A stretch of 63,806 nucleotides of DNA, counting the filler, from Pelomyxa schiedti (taxonomy: Eukaryota; Protista; Evosea), in assembly GCA_020536535.1 (NCBI GenBank). It is 15 parts of 15 records of this genome, joined end to end, with 100 filler letters (N's around TTAATTAATTAA, not from the genome) between each part and the next. Parts side by side here need not be neighbours in the genome. Positions count along the whole stretch, not along the records: positions 19,059 to 23,732 come from JAHLWZ010001569.1; positions 23,833 to 35,399 come from JAHLWZ010000164.1; positions 35,500 to 36,553 come from JAHLWZ010002922.1; 12 more parts are not named here. One strand, written 5' to 3'. Position numbers and translations under genes: made by a program. Shown here piece after piece: positions 23,195-35,928 of this stretch. The stretch's first letter is position 1. Each line of letters opens with the position of its first letter. The notes beneath the pieces were generated by a model. That model did no database searches. It had not been told where the DNA came from and worked only from the letters and a program-made list of their open reading frames with translations.

Positions 23195-23674
23195 ATGATG
23201 GGGCGTGCGATTGTCGCATTTGTATTTGCTGCGTTGGTGACAGTGGCTCTAGGCCAGAGCAGTGCTAGCACGTCCGAGAGTGAAAGTACGAGCACAAGCG
23301 TGAGTACCAGCCAAAGCAAAAGCACAAGTACAAGCGAAAGTGAAAGCGTGAGCCTAAGTGTTAGTCTCAGCCTCAGTTACAGCGAGAGCGAGAGCGATAG
23401 TGATAGTCTCAGCACCAGCACTGGAAGCGTCGTGAGCACAAGCATAGAAAGCGAGAGCTTCAGCAGTGGATCGTACAACTCCACGTCTGGAAGCAGCAGC
23501 GATGAGCGGGAGTGGTGGTGGTGGCTCATTCTGGCCGGAATCATCCTCGTTGGGCTCATACTCATAGTCGTGGTGATAGTGCTCATTATCCTGTGCATGA
23601 AGAAGACCATCATGTGGTGCATCGTCCGCCACAAGTACAACAAGGTCAAGGACGGAGTAAAGTCCAAAGTATAA
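23195..23674 (+). CDS. Single-pass type I membrane protein with Ser/Thr/Glu-rich (mucin-like) ectodomain
   Basis: Signal peptide MMGRAIVAFVFAALVTVALG, ~85-aa S/T/E stretch, TM WWWWLILAGIILVGLILIVVVIVLIILCM, short basic tail. Confidence 0.75.
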   Translation: MMGRAIVAFVFAALVTVALGQSSASTSESESTSTSVSTSQSKSTSTSESESVSLSVSLSLSYSESESDSDSLSTSTGSVVSTSIESESFSSGSYNSTSGSSSDEREWWWWLILAGIILVGLILIVVVIVLIILCMKKTIMWCIVRHKYNKVKDGVKSKV

Positions 23675-23832
23675 CAGCACCTTGTGTCTCTAAAACAAAT
23701 CACTTTCTCCTCCCTTGCGATTACCAACCAACNNNNNNNNNNNNNNNNNNNNNNNNNNNNNNNNNNNNNNNNNNNNTTAATTAATTAANNNNNNNNNNNN
23801 NNNNNNNNNNNNNNNNNNNNNNNNNNNNNNNN

Positions 23833-24680
23833 ATCCACTTAATGTCAATGACTGATGATCCTTCCACACTCGTTTTGAGCACGGGAAGAAGTGATGGTAA
23901 ATCTAATATGATGAGGATAGAATAAATCAGAAGAGGCATTGGGGGCTGGCTTTGTTGGTTTTTGTTACCTTGGTGATATCTGTTATGTCCATTGAATGCC
24001 ACTTGAACAATTGACGATATTAATACCTTCAAAGAGCCTGCCGGGTTGTCGTTGGAGAACCTGATAAGCTTGTCGGCATTCATCTGATATCATCAGTTCA
24101 AAGGAGGAAAAGCGAGAACACACAAGAAGTGCCCGAACAAAAGGAGGCCAAGCATTCCTGTCGGGTGCAGCTTTGTCCGAACTGAACCGGAGGAGAATAA
24201 GAGGTGCCGAACCAAGCCGCGCTGCCTTGTGTTTCAGGTCCTCGAAATTGTACTCTACCGTTCGAGATGGTACTCCTTCACCGTCGGGAACTATGGCCAC
24301 CACAACAGACCCCTCTGACTTCGCGCACCCATCCTTCATCATCACACTCCCCTCAGAGTGAAGCACCACACAACCAACATCATTATCGCAACAGCAGGCA
24401 CTGATATCATTGTCACTTGTTTGAGAACTACTACACCCGGTCGTTGCATGATCCACATTGGCCTGCTGCTGCTGTTGTTGTTGTTGTTGTTGCGGTGCTG
24501 CCGTCAGCGATAATGATGTCGGTTGGAAGCGAAAGCAAGAAAGGTATTGTGGGTCCGTTACTGTGACGGTCGTAGTCGAGGCCTGCGCGGCGATTCGTTC
24601 GCGAACCAGCACTTCGAACAGCTTCGACGCCGGCGGGGCATCGCTGTTGGCGTGGACCACGAAACAATTCACTGTCCTCA
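23833..24680 (-). CDS. Hypothetical protein (Q-rich insert), cut by scaffold end
   Basis: Long ORF with GC-rich 5' end. No recognised family. Confidence 0.4.
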
Positions 24681-24900
24681 TCAACGTTGATGCGCGGTTG
24701 GCAAGTTGACAACACAAGCGATCTGTTCTGTTGTTGTTTCTTTTTCTATCGCCAATGAGGAAAAAAACCTGTTCGTGTTGTGGCACTATGAGAGTCGACT
24801 TGCATCAGGGGCCCAGCTTCTCACAGAGATTTGTCCGGGCTTGAGAAAAACAGTCCCTGAACCTGATTCTAGGAACCATCCCTACCATCACCCGTGCGTG

Positions 24901-27900
24901 ATGGCGGGGCATCCGCTGGTGGCAGAGGTTACTGCCAGACTTGCAAACCCCGAGAACAGACTGCTGATAATAGTCGTCGACTGTTCGAATGCCACGTCCG
25001 AGGAGGACCTGGCGAACCTGAGGGACCTGGTGCTGCCCGCCATGCTCGGCCGCACTGCCGGCGTGAAGGCCACCATCATCAAGTTCAGCACGGAGGCCGA
25101 AACCGTGTGCCAAATAACAGACAGACCCGACAGTTTGCTCCAGAGCCTTAGCCTCCTCAGGCGCGCCAATCGCGGCCCCGCGGACTTTGGGGCTGCACTA
25201 TCGGCAGCTCGTGGTGTCATCACCAGGTTTGCGTTCAGCACCTCGATCCCGCTTTTATTTCTGGTTGCCAACGGGCCACATGTGGGAGGCGACATAGAAC
25301 TTCATAGCCTCCTTTCCCTGGTAATGTATCCTTTGGTTCCTATGTTGGAGCAACAGTTGATTATTTTTTTTTTTTTTTAGAGACCTCCAATCGACTTCAT
25401 TGGTTTTTCATACCAACATGAGACGGCATTGCAGTCCTTTCTTCTCTCGGGGCCAGTGTACTCTTTAGCTGATGTACATGGGGTTGTTGATGCACTTAAT
25501 AGTATGACCCCGAAGTGCGTGGAATCCCGAGTTACTATCTCGTTTGAACAAGGCTCGAATGCCACTTTACAGCGATCCACAGACCCCCTCTCTTTGCTTA
25601 TGACTGTTGAACTGTCTTCAGTATTGGATGAAATCCATAAGGTATACATAAAATGTCAGGCAATCTTTCCTCACTCCTCCCAAAAAGGGAACAGTGATAT
25701 CTTTTCTAAGTGGAGCTGATTCTTTTTATCTCCCCTGTGATATTACTCTCCATTGTTCTGCATCACACTGGTCTCCATTTAAGACACCTATACAATTTTA
25801 TCCATGTGCCAATGCAAGAAAAAAAATGATACCAATACCTGAGGCAATCCTGTACGAGTGTGCTATTAAAGATCCAAATGGACGACAGATCCAAAAGTGC
25901 ACAGGGTGTGTACAGATCCTCCTAGGTGGGTAAGCAGGCCAAAGAATGTTAATAGTAAGCATTTACTATTAAATAATGAGAGAATCAATCAAATTGCGAC
26001 TTTCTGATCTAACTCGATTTCTCTCTCTTGCTATTTTCAGCTTGGTTTGGCGGTGATTTCATTCCGCCTCAGGGTGTAGATCATATGAATATCCTTCTAT
26101 GGGGAATGCCGCACTCAGGCAAGACAGCTTTTCTGAATGGATTAGTGAGCACGTTTCACAGCGGCCCGGAAGTAATCCATCCATTATGTTCCTATCCAAT
26201 CCCAGGACCAATTACTGAAAACCTTACTTACTACCACCTGGGAAGCCTGCTTCCTGAGAAGTCTATAACGTCAGATCTGACCTCTCAGCTCCCAATTTAT
26301 ATTGTGGATCCTTGGGGATTTGAACCTGGTCGTGAAAATATTGCACACTTCCTTGACGGCACTGTAGGGAATGAAACTTTGAAGAAAGACTATGACAATG
26401 AACCCCAAATACTAGCCAATCCAAAAAACCGGAAGGACTGGGAAATCTCAGCAATCATTTTCTTCATTCCGATTACAGTGGTGGAAGAAGACCTGCGACA
26501 AATCTCGTATCTTATAGGATATGCCATAGAAGAAGGGTTCAAGCCAACAGTTGTTTGCAACTTCTTTAACGACCTGAGTTCAACAGTTGATGAGATGAAG
26601 TTGAGGTACGAGAACATTGTAACCAAGTCACACCTGACATCGAAGGATGTATTCCTTTTCGAAAACTATGTGAATGAATCCATGAAGACAATGTCAAAAG
26701 ATCTTCAGTACTGGGAAGTCTTTCACCATGCCTTCACTGCAGCTACCGGCAAGCCTCTAAAAGGGGACCCTAAAATTGACTATTTACTGGGGTCTACAAG
26801 CATAAGAGCTGTCATCACCCCAGTGTCCAACAGTTCGGTAGTACTGCTGATTGACTTGAATGCAACTCTATATTTGGAGGCTAGAGACCGATTAATAGCT
26901 GCTATTTTTGGTGCTGTAAAGGGGGCACTCTTCACCGTGATATTAGTCGGTCACGATCGTGCTTATGTTCTTTTTGATGGAATTTTCGATCTCGACGAAG
27001 CCAAGCAGCGGCTTTCTAGTACCTTTCTTTGCACTCGTTTTTTTTTCCTCAGCTAATTCTAAACAAGATTTCCCGTTGGACCAAAGCGCCGCTAATCTAT
27101 CTCTTGGTGCTACGGAACTGCTAAAAGTTATTTCCACAAAATCCTCTGCAGTGTCTTGCATTGTCATAACCAAATCAACAACTGCCACAAACTCTGTTGA
27201 AACTTTACATTCTATGCAAGTCAGTGTTGGTCCAAAGAACCTTGTTCTTATTATCACTGAACCAAGTGATGACAGTGAGCAGCAGTCTCTGCTAGGGTCC
27301 TCTGAAAGAACAATTTACTTGAAACACAACAACCAGTGCACTAACGTGGAATACACCCTTAAGAATGTCTTGGAAGCGGCTGTAGAGTGTCCTTTTGTTG
27401 TTGAAGCAATATTCCAACCAAATGGAACCACACCCAGCCATCAGCAGAACTTGTTTTTTCCTCTCAAATTTCAAGTTACAATATACCACAAACCTGGTTG
27501 GGCAAACATTCAATCAGTAAGTCCCCTTAGGGTGATGGTTCAAAATTAATTAATGTCAAATTAGCGAAGCATATTCAAAATTGAGGGCAATGACTTCTAT
27601 GTGGGGCAATCCTGCCCAGTTCCTCATCCCATTTCACAAGAGCATCCATTTAGGAAGACACTCCTTTTAGATGTACCACCACAATCAAGAGGTGTAATCT
27701 CACCACTTCCTGGACAAATCACATTCACAATAACACATGGCAATACTTGCTTTGAGGGAGCATTCATTTTACCAATAGGTAATTATTTCATTGTTCACTA
27801 TTATTGAGCTTGACACTTATTCTTATTGATTTCCGGGTGGAGAAACTGCTTGGCATAGGCTCGAATGCTGCTGTGTTCAAAGTGAAATTTCAAACCACAA

Positions 27901-29041
27901 CAACATCCAACAATAGCATCACCAGTTCCACAACCACCTCAACTTCTTCATCAACATCATTAACTTCGCATGTGAATGTTTCAGATTCCACAGTAGCAAA
28001 AACAAGAGACATGGTGATGAAGATCATTTTCAACTGGGAGAACACACCCCAGGAGACGTTGTCCCGGAGCAAATACATGGCTGAGTGTCTTGTCCTCTCA
28101 TCATTCCCAAATCACCCAAACGTGATTCACCCTCTTGGTGCTTTGGTCATCCCTTGGTATTTCTCCTCTTGCAATAAAAGCACCTTTTTCCAACTCAGTC
28201 ACATAGCCTGCCAGCCGAGTTCGTGGAGAAAATTCCAAGTGACAAGATATATTTCCGGGAGCAACTCTGTAACAACAAGTCATTGGCCATCCTCATGCCC
28301 TATTGTGGGATCACCTTGTCATCGTTCTTCTCATCCAACTCCAGCAACAATATGACAGCTGAAGCTGCACGGGATCTCTTTGTTCAAGGGCTCCATGCCA
28401 TCTACCACATTGAGTTGCATTTTGTTGTTCACAGGTTCTTTCCCACTCAACACCCAACTTCTCTTTCAGTGACAGACAAAACAAACAATAAACACAGGGA
28501 CATCAAGGGAGACAACATTCTCATTGACCCAGAGACTGGTAAGCTGACACTGATCGACTTTGGTGAGGCTCAGCACTGCCCAAACATGGAGGCACTCATG
28601 TCTGCCATGTCACAGGCATGGGGCAACCCAGGCACGATGCCACCAGAGCTGAGCATTTTCCTCAGGAGGATCACGACGGAAACCAGTGGTGTGTTCTCAT
28701 ACTCAAAGTGTGACTCCTTTGCGCTCGCCCTCACTTTCTGGAATACTCTTCTGCCACAGACCAACAGGTTCATTGGGAGCACAATGAACCACGACATGAG
28801 CACGTTCAACACCCAGTCACTCCTCAGTCACTTCCCTGTCCCTTTGTTTTCTCTGATAGGTTCACCATCACAACAACACTTGAGGGCTGAATCACCTCAA
28901 CCACAAACACAACCACCCCGTGGTGCAACGTCACGGCACCAACGCAACAATGTGCTTGAGTCAGTGATGATTGGAATGATGAACCCTGACAAAGCAGCCA
29001 GGCTCAGTGCTGCTGAGGCCCTCCAGTCGCTCACTTTGTAG
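24901..29041 (+). CDS. Gene A1: vWA - IFI44-like P-loop NTPase - vWA-like - beta-rich linker - Ser/Thr kinase
   Basis: vWA: LLIIVVDCS...IIKFSTEA...DFGAALSAA...LFLVANG. P-loop: NILLWGMPHSGKT, VDPWG, FENY..E...KDLQYW (IFI44-like). Second vWA-like: VVLLIDLNAT...CIVITKS. Kinase: LGIGSNAAV, MVMK, HRDIKGDN, DFG, TMPPE. Joining the kinase needs one uncertain splice at 27779. Confidence 0.75.
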
Positions 29042-29286
29042 CTCCTCAAATCACACACCGAGTTCACCTCATTTCAAAACACAAATACCAAATCCAATAC
29101 AAACGCAAAAATGTAGCCATTGTTTCCAAGATGAATAAATATCTTGTGCCTCCTTATTTATTTTGTTAGCCCGATTTTTTTTTTTTTGCATTGCTCCTTT
29201 TGGGGCGAAAGTGACAAGAGACAGACTTTCAGCCTGCACATATCCACAGTATGTTTTCAACAACAGTGAAGGAGGGTGGTCAGAAA

Positions 29287-31096
29287 TCAGGGCTCTCTCT
29301 CTGCCACATAAACAACAGTTTTCCCCTCGATGACATCCACCACACTCCTGAGGGGTACCTTGTTCCTAACTGAAGGGGCAACCTTGGTCCTGTTCCTGAC
29401 GAGAATATCAGCGTCAAGCTGTGTTGAGAGCCACTCGACAGACTTGGCCAGGAAATTATCTGGCATGTTGAGATCGCACAGGAATATTGGTGGAGTTGAA
29501 GACTTGGGGATTGCCTTGTAAACCCCCAGGACGCACGGGCCTGCAAGCAGCAGGCTTCTTTCCAGTTTGGAGCTCTTTTGAACTCTGATTGAGGGCGTGC
29601 CTCCTGGCTGCAGTATTTGCCTCAGTGTGAGCTCAGCCTCCTTCGCAGTGGGCACTGGCACCCCAGCGGCATCCACAAAGACCCAAGGTGAGAGGTACGT
29701 GAACTCTCCCGTTTCGTCAACGTAGTCCCGCACGGCGGAAAGTTTCTTGTTGCTGCGAGGTTGTGGGACTGGGAATGAGGAAAGGAGTGATTCGAACCTG
29801 TTTATTCTAGACAGATTGGAGGAACCGTTTGTATGCAAAACATGGATCTGGTCGAGTACTTCTCCCAGGCTGCAAGAGGGTGAGGTTGCCAGAGACTGTG
29901 GAGTGAGGAAGGGAGGAGGGTTAGGTGGATTCCAACAGTCTATTCCCCACACATTGGACGTTTCAGAGGCCATAGTCCCCTCAAGATAACACTCCCGAGG
30001 ATGTGCCAGAAGATATGAAATGGCATTCCTGAAAACAGGTAAAAAACGGTGACAAAGCAAAAGGGAGAAGAAGGAAAAAACCATTACCTATAGGCAAGCC
30101 TCAAGATACCCCAGTACTGAAGATCCTTCTCCATGTTGCGTGTTGTTTCTTCAACATAATTTTCAAACTTAATCACAGACTTCTCAGGCAAATACGTGGT
30201 GGCACATATTTTTTTAAAGAGGTACTCCATCTCGAGCTCGTCTGACACACGGTTGATGAAGTTGCACACGACGATTGGATGCCTTCCAGACCTGATTATG
30301 GAAATCACGTGTGTGCCCAGAACTTCAAGCATCTGGGGGTTGAATCCAGTACCAATTGGGATAATTATGATGACTGAGTGAATGATGCGCGATTTGCCTG
30401 GCTTGACAATCATGTCGAAGGACTCGTCCATAAATGTTCCCGGTTCAACTTTCCCATTCAGGAAGTCCACAACACTCAACGTTGTGTAGTTGCTCTCTGA
30501 GATGCCCCATGGATCCCAGAAGTGCAAGTTGAGCCTCTTCATCATCTCGTCGGTTGGGGCGTTTCCTGGCAGAAGATCTGCAAGTGAGTGCTCAGGAGAT
30601 CTGCAGGTGACGTGGTCTGGCGCGGAAAAGGCCTGCAATTGGGTAAGCACATCTTGCCCAGAGCTAAAGGAGGTCGCCACTCCATTGCAAAAAGTACTCT
30701 TTCCACTGCCATACCATCCCCACACCTATTTTTTTTTTGGGTGCACAGACCAACACATCATTGATACCAGAATGTTGATCCTTGTCTTTGTTGGATTTCC
30801 CAACCTTGTCCTTTCTGGAAGCCACTCGGCTCCAAACCACGCTGTGTGGGGATGGGTTAAAAAAAAGATAAAAAAGTGTAGGTGAAGGTGGGGGCACCAA
30901 GGAGAAGGGTAACACAGCCCATGTACTTGGCTCCATCCATGAAGCACTCATACAGGACCTTGTCAGGCACAAGCTCTTTGTGGATAAGAGCCCTCTGTCC
31001 TGGCCGAAGGGTGACTGTCGTCACAAAGGGATGTTCCTTGTCTGCATCTGCAGTTGTCTTGACAAATTCCTCCAAGTAGAATCCGGGAAGGAAGTG
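29287..31096 (-). CDS. Gene B1: IFI44-like P-loop NTPase with unknown C-terminal domain (5' part lost in gap)
   Basis: WGWYGSGKS, FWDPWG, RIIHSVIIIIP, FENYVEETTRNMEKDLQYW, then ORF 29287-30040. Confidence 0.75.
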
Positions 31097-31196
31097 NNNN
31101 NNNNNNNNNNNNNNNNNNNNNNNNNNNNNNNNNNNNNNNNNNNNNNNNNNNNNNNNNNNNNNNNNNNNNNNNNNNNNNNNNNNNNNNNNNNNNNNN

Positions 31197-33237
31197 GATC
31201 TCGACGAAGCCAAGCAGCGGCTTTCTAGTACCTTTCTTTGCACTCGTTTTTTTTTCCTCAGCTAATTCTAAACAAGATTTCCCGTTGGACCAAAGCGCCG
31301 CTAATCTATCTCTTGGTTCTACGGAATTGCTAAAAGTTATTTCCACAAAATCCTCTGCAGTGTCTTGCATCGTCATAACCAAATCAACAACTGCCACAAA
31401 CTCTGTTGAAGCTTTACATTCTGTGCAAGTCAGTGTTGGTCCAAAGAACCTTGTTCTTATTATCACTGAACCAAGTGATGACAGTGAGCAGCAGTCTCTG
31501 CTAGGGTCCTCTGAAAGAACAATTTACTTGAAACACAACGACCAGTGCACTAACGTGGAATACACCCTAAAGAATGTCTTGGAAGTGGCTGTAGAGTGTC
31601 CTTTTGTTGTTGAAGCAATATTCCAACCAAATGGAACCACACCCAGCCATCAACAGAACTTGTTTTTTCCTCTCAAATTTCAAGTTACAATATACCACAA
31701 ACCTGGTTGGGCAAACATTCAATCAGTAATTCCCCTTGGGATAATGGTTCAAAATCAATTAATGTCAACTTAGCGAAGCATATTCAAAATTGAGGGCAAT
31801 GACCTCTATGTGGGGCAATCCTGTACAATTCCTCATCCCATTTCACAAGAGCATCCATTTAGGAAGACACTCCTTTTAGATGTACCACCAAAATCAAGAG
31901 GTGTAATCTCACCACTTCCTGGACAAATCACATTCACAATAACACATGGCAAGACTTGCTTTGAGGGAGCCTTCATTTTGCCAATAGGTAATTATTTCAT
32001 TGTTCACTATTATTGAGCTTGACACTTATTCTTATTGATTTCCGGGTGGAGAAACTGCTTGGCATAGGCTCGAATGCTGCTGTGTTCAAAGTGAAATTTC
32101 AAACCACAACATCCAACAATAGCATAACCAGTTCCACAACCACCTCAACTTCTTCATCAACATCATTAACTTCGCATGTGAATGCTTCAGATTCCACAGT
32201 AGCAAAAACAAGAGACATGGTGATGAAGATCATTTTCAACTGGGAGAACACACCCCAGGAGATGTTGTCCCGGAGCAAATACATGGCTGAGTGTCTTGTC
32301 CTCTCATCATTCCCAAATCACCACAACGTGATTCACCCTCTTGGTGCATTGGTCATCCCTTGGTATTTCTCCTCTTGTAATAAAAGCACGTTTTCCAACT
32401 CAGCCACATAGCCTGCCAGCCGAGTTCGTGGAGAAAATTCCAAGTGACAAGATATATCTCCGGGAGCAACTCTGTAACAACAAGTCATTGGCCATCCTCA
32501 TGCCCCATTGTGGGATCACCTTGTCATCGTTCTTCTCATCAAACTCCAGCAACGAAAAGACAGCTGAAGCTGCACGGGATCTCTTTGTTCAAGGGCTCCA
32601 TGCCATCTACCACATTGAGTTGCATTTTGTTGTTCACAGGTTCCTTCCCGCCAACTTCTCTTTCTGCGAAGTGACAGACAAAACAAAAAAAAATAAACAC
32701 AGGGACATCAAGGGAGACAACATTCTCATTGACCCAGAGACTGGCAAGCTGACACTGATCGACTTTGGTGAGGCTCAGTGCTGCCCAAACATGGAGGCAC
32801 TCGTATCTACCACGTCACAGGCATGGGGCAACCCAGGCACGATGCCTCCGGAGCTGAGCATTTTCCTCAGGAGGAAGACGACGGAAACCAGTGTGTTCTC
32901 ATACTCAAAGTGTGACTCCTTTGCACTCGCCCTCACTTTCTGGAATGCTCTTCTGCCACAGACCAACATGTTCATTGGGAGCACAATGAACCACGACATG
33001 AGCGCGTTCAACACCCAGTCACTCCTCCGTTACTTCCCTGTCCCTTTGTTTTCTCGGATAGGTTCACCATCACAACAACACTTGAGGGTTGAATCACCTC
33101 AACCACAACCCCCACCAGTGGCAACGTCACAGCACCAACGTGACAATGTGCTGGAGTCAGTGATGATAGGAATGATGAACCCTGACAGAGCAGCCAGGCT
33201 CAGTGCAGCCGAAGCCATCCAGTCACTCACTTTATAG
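31197..33237 (+). CDS. Gene A2: diverged copy of A1 3' half (vWA-like plus kinase)
   Basis: Near-identical to 26987-29041 with scattered substitutions and indels. Kinase catalytic motifs intact; stop at 33237. Confidence 0.8.
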
Positions 33238-33441
33238 ATCGTCAATTCATATTTTTCTGAATCGCACGTGCTCCCTGTCTGGGGTGATCAGTGGTTCTTT
33301 TCTGGTGGTGTTGCAGCGGTTCGTGACGATGCTCATGATGAATGGAGCGAAGTTGTAGCTTTGCCGGTGTTGTGTGCATGTGAATGCCAAGCGTTTTTCA
33401 ATTTGCAGGTAATTTAATCATTGTAAAAATGTTGGTGTGAA

Positions 33442-35180
33442 TTAAATCAGGACTGCTCTGTGTATCCTGGCTGTGGAGGAAGGGAGGAGGGAGTTAGGTG
33501 GATTCCAACAGTCTATTCCCCACACATTGGACGTCACAGAGGCCTCTGTCCCCTCGAGAAAACACTCCTGAGGATGTGCAAGAAGATATGAAATGGCATT
33601 CCTGAAAAAAGTGCAAATACCAGTGACAAAGCAAAAGGGAGAAGAGGGGAAAAGCAATTACCTGTAGGCAAGCCTCAATATGCTCCAGTACTGGATATCC
33701 TTCTCCATGTTGCGTGTTGTTTCTTCAGCATAATTCTCAAACTTAATCACAGACTTCTCAGGCAAATACATGGTGGCACATATTTTCTTGAAGAGGTACT
33801 CCATCTCGAACTCGTTTGACACACGGTTGATGAAGTTACACACAACGATTGGATGCCTTCCAGACCTGATTATGGACATCACTTGTGTGCCCATAACTTC
33901 AAGCGCCTGGGGGTTGACTGGAGTACAAATTGGGATAATGATGATGACTGAGTGAATGATGCGTGACTTGCCTGGCTTGGCAATCAGTTCAAAGGACTCG
34001 TCCATGAATGTTCCCGGTTCAACCTTCCCATTCAGGAAGTCCACAACACTCAACGTTGTGTAGTGGCTCTCTGAGATGCCCCATGGATCCCAGAAGTGCA
34101 AGTTGAGCCTCTTCATCATCTCGTCAGTTGGGGCGTTTCCTGGCAGAAGATCTGCAAGTGAGTGCTCAGTGCATCTGCAGGTGATGTGCTCTGGTGCTGC
34201 AAAGGCCTGCAATTTGGTAAGCACATCTTGCCCAGAGCTAAAGGAGGTCGCCAGTCCATTACAAAAAGAACTCTTTCCAGAGCCACACCATCCCCACACC
34301 TTTTTTTTTTTTTTGGGTTGGATTGGTATCTGCACATAATTGATACCAGAATGTTGATCCTTGTCTTTGTTGGATTTGCCAACCTTGTCCTTTCTGGAAG
34401 CCACTCTGCTCCAAACCACGCTGTGTGTGGCGAGTCAAAAAAAGAAAAAAAAAGGGGGCAGGTGAGAGTAGGGCGCACCAAGGAGAAGGGTAACATAGCC
34501 CATGTACTTGGCTCCATCCACGAAGTACTCATACAGGACCTTGTCAGGCACAAGCCCTTTGTGGATAAGGGCCCTCTGTCCTGGCCGAAGGGTTACTATC
34601 GTCACAAAGGGGTGTTCCTTGTCTGCATCTGCAGTTGTTTTGACAACTTCCTCCAAGTAGAAGCCAGGCAGGAAGTGCAGGACAGTGCCCTGCAAGCAAC
34701 GTTTCTCAATTAACTTTTATGGGGAAATCAGGCTTACCCCTGGAACGACACCAGAAACAGAAGTGGGTTCCATGGAGACATGCAGGGACACAGGGTTGGT
34801 GATCATCTGTAAAGTTGTTCCAAATTGGCTGCAAGAAATGCGGATTGGTGGTTCTGGAAGCTTATCTAGAGGCTTGAGGCTGCCCAGAAGAGTGAAGAAG
34901 TTGCTGCAACTGGAAGGTAAGAATGTCTTTGCTCCAGGAAGAAGAGCAGCAAAATTTTGCTCTGACAGATGGCTGCCAAATCCAACAGCAATCATTACTG
35001 GTGTGGGAAGCAACACCATGAGTTCACCATATGGCTTGGTGATTGGGGATGAAAATTGCCCACTGGTGAAAAGAAGAACAACAAGCTTCGATGTCTCTGA
35101 CATAGTACCAAGAGCAACAAATAAAGCAGACCTGAGTGCACTGGCCAGGTTTGCGCTCCCACCATTGAATCGCATTCCAG
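33442..35180 (-). CDS. Gene B2: vWA-like - IFI44-like P-loop NTPase, C-terminus truncated relative to B1
   Basis: GGSANLASALRSAL...KLVVLLFTSG...MIAVGFG (vWA C-half), WGWCGSGKS, FWDPWG, KDIQYW. Diverges from B1 after WNPPN. Confidence 0.72.
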
Positions 35181-35928
35181 GGTGATACTGGGTAGGCAAG
35201 CGGGGATTGTCTGGGAACTGTGTGCTTCTGTGGGGATGTGTAGTTCGTTGTGTGACGAGAAAGCAGAGAACAAGCACAAGATCAAGAAAGGATTCTATTA
35301 TTTGTTCTGTTTGTTGTTTGTTTTGATTTATGAGGTTTGGGTCGTGATTCTAAGGTCGGAGTGTGTCGGGCTTATAAGGACTCGAAAAGGACTTGAAATN
35401 NNNNNNNNNNNNNNNNNNNNNNNNNNNNNNNNNNNNNNNNNNNTTAATTAATTAANNNNNNNNNNNNNNNNNNNNNNNNNNNNNNNNNNNNNNNNNNNNC
35501 ATTTGTGCCTTAGAACGAAAAGAAATACACGTGACAGATGAGGCCACTGGTGCGGACGTCATCACCCTCTGGCTGTGTGGTTCTCTTGACACTGTCTGGT
35601 CCCACTTCTCTTTCTCTCTCCTGTCATCCCTATGAAGCCAAAGAGAATTTGCGATAATTATTTGTTGGTTTTTCCACAGACGTGGGGTAGGTCAAAAGCC
35701 ATACCCGCTTCAGAGGGGTTTCAAAGAGTGGCAGCCATTTGGCACTCAGGCTTAGATCCACAATATTTGGAGGCAGGGCGAATAACAGACGGAAGGATGG
35801 CAAAGTGGGTTTGGGTTGGTCATTGACGTCATGGTGGTGATGACGCATGTCGTCGTAAGAATGTATAACCCACACTCACAGAGAGCGTTTTCAACGAACT
35901 GAGTGCAGAACCTTTTTTGATCCAGAAA

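Noticed and set aside
29090-29160. Short similarity to ~36660-36725 (TTCCAAGATGAATAAATA..TTGTGCCTC)
   Set aside because: Too short, with no clear function or boundaries.
35824-35831. TGACGTCA (CRE-like) site upstream of a gene
   Set aside because: A single 8-mer is expected by chance in 64 kb and there is no other support.
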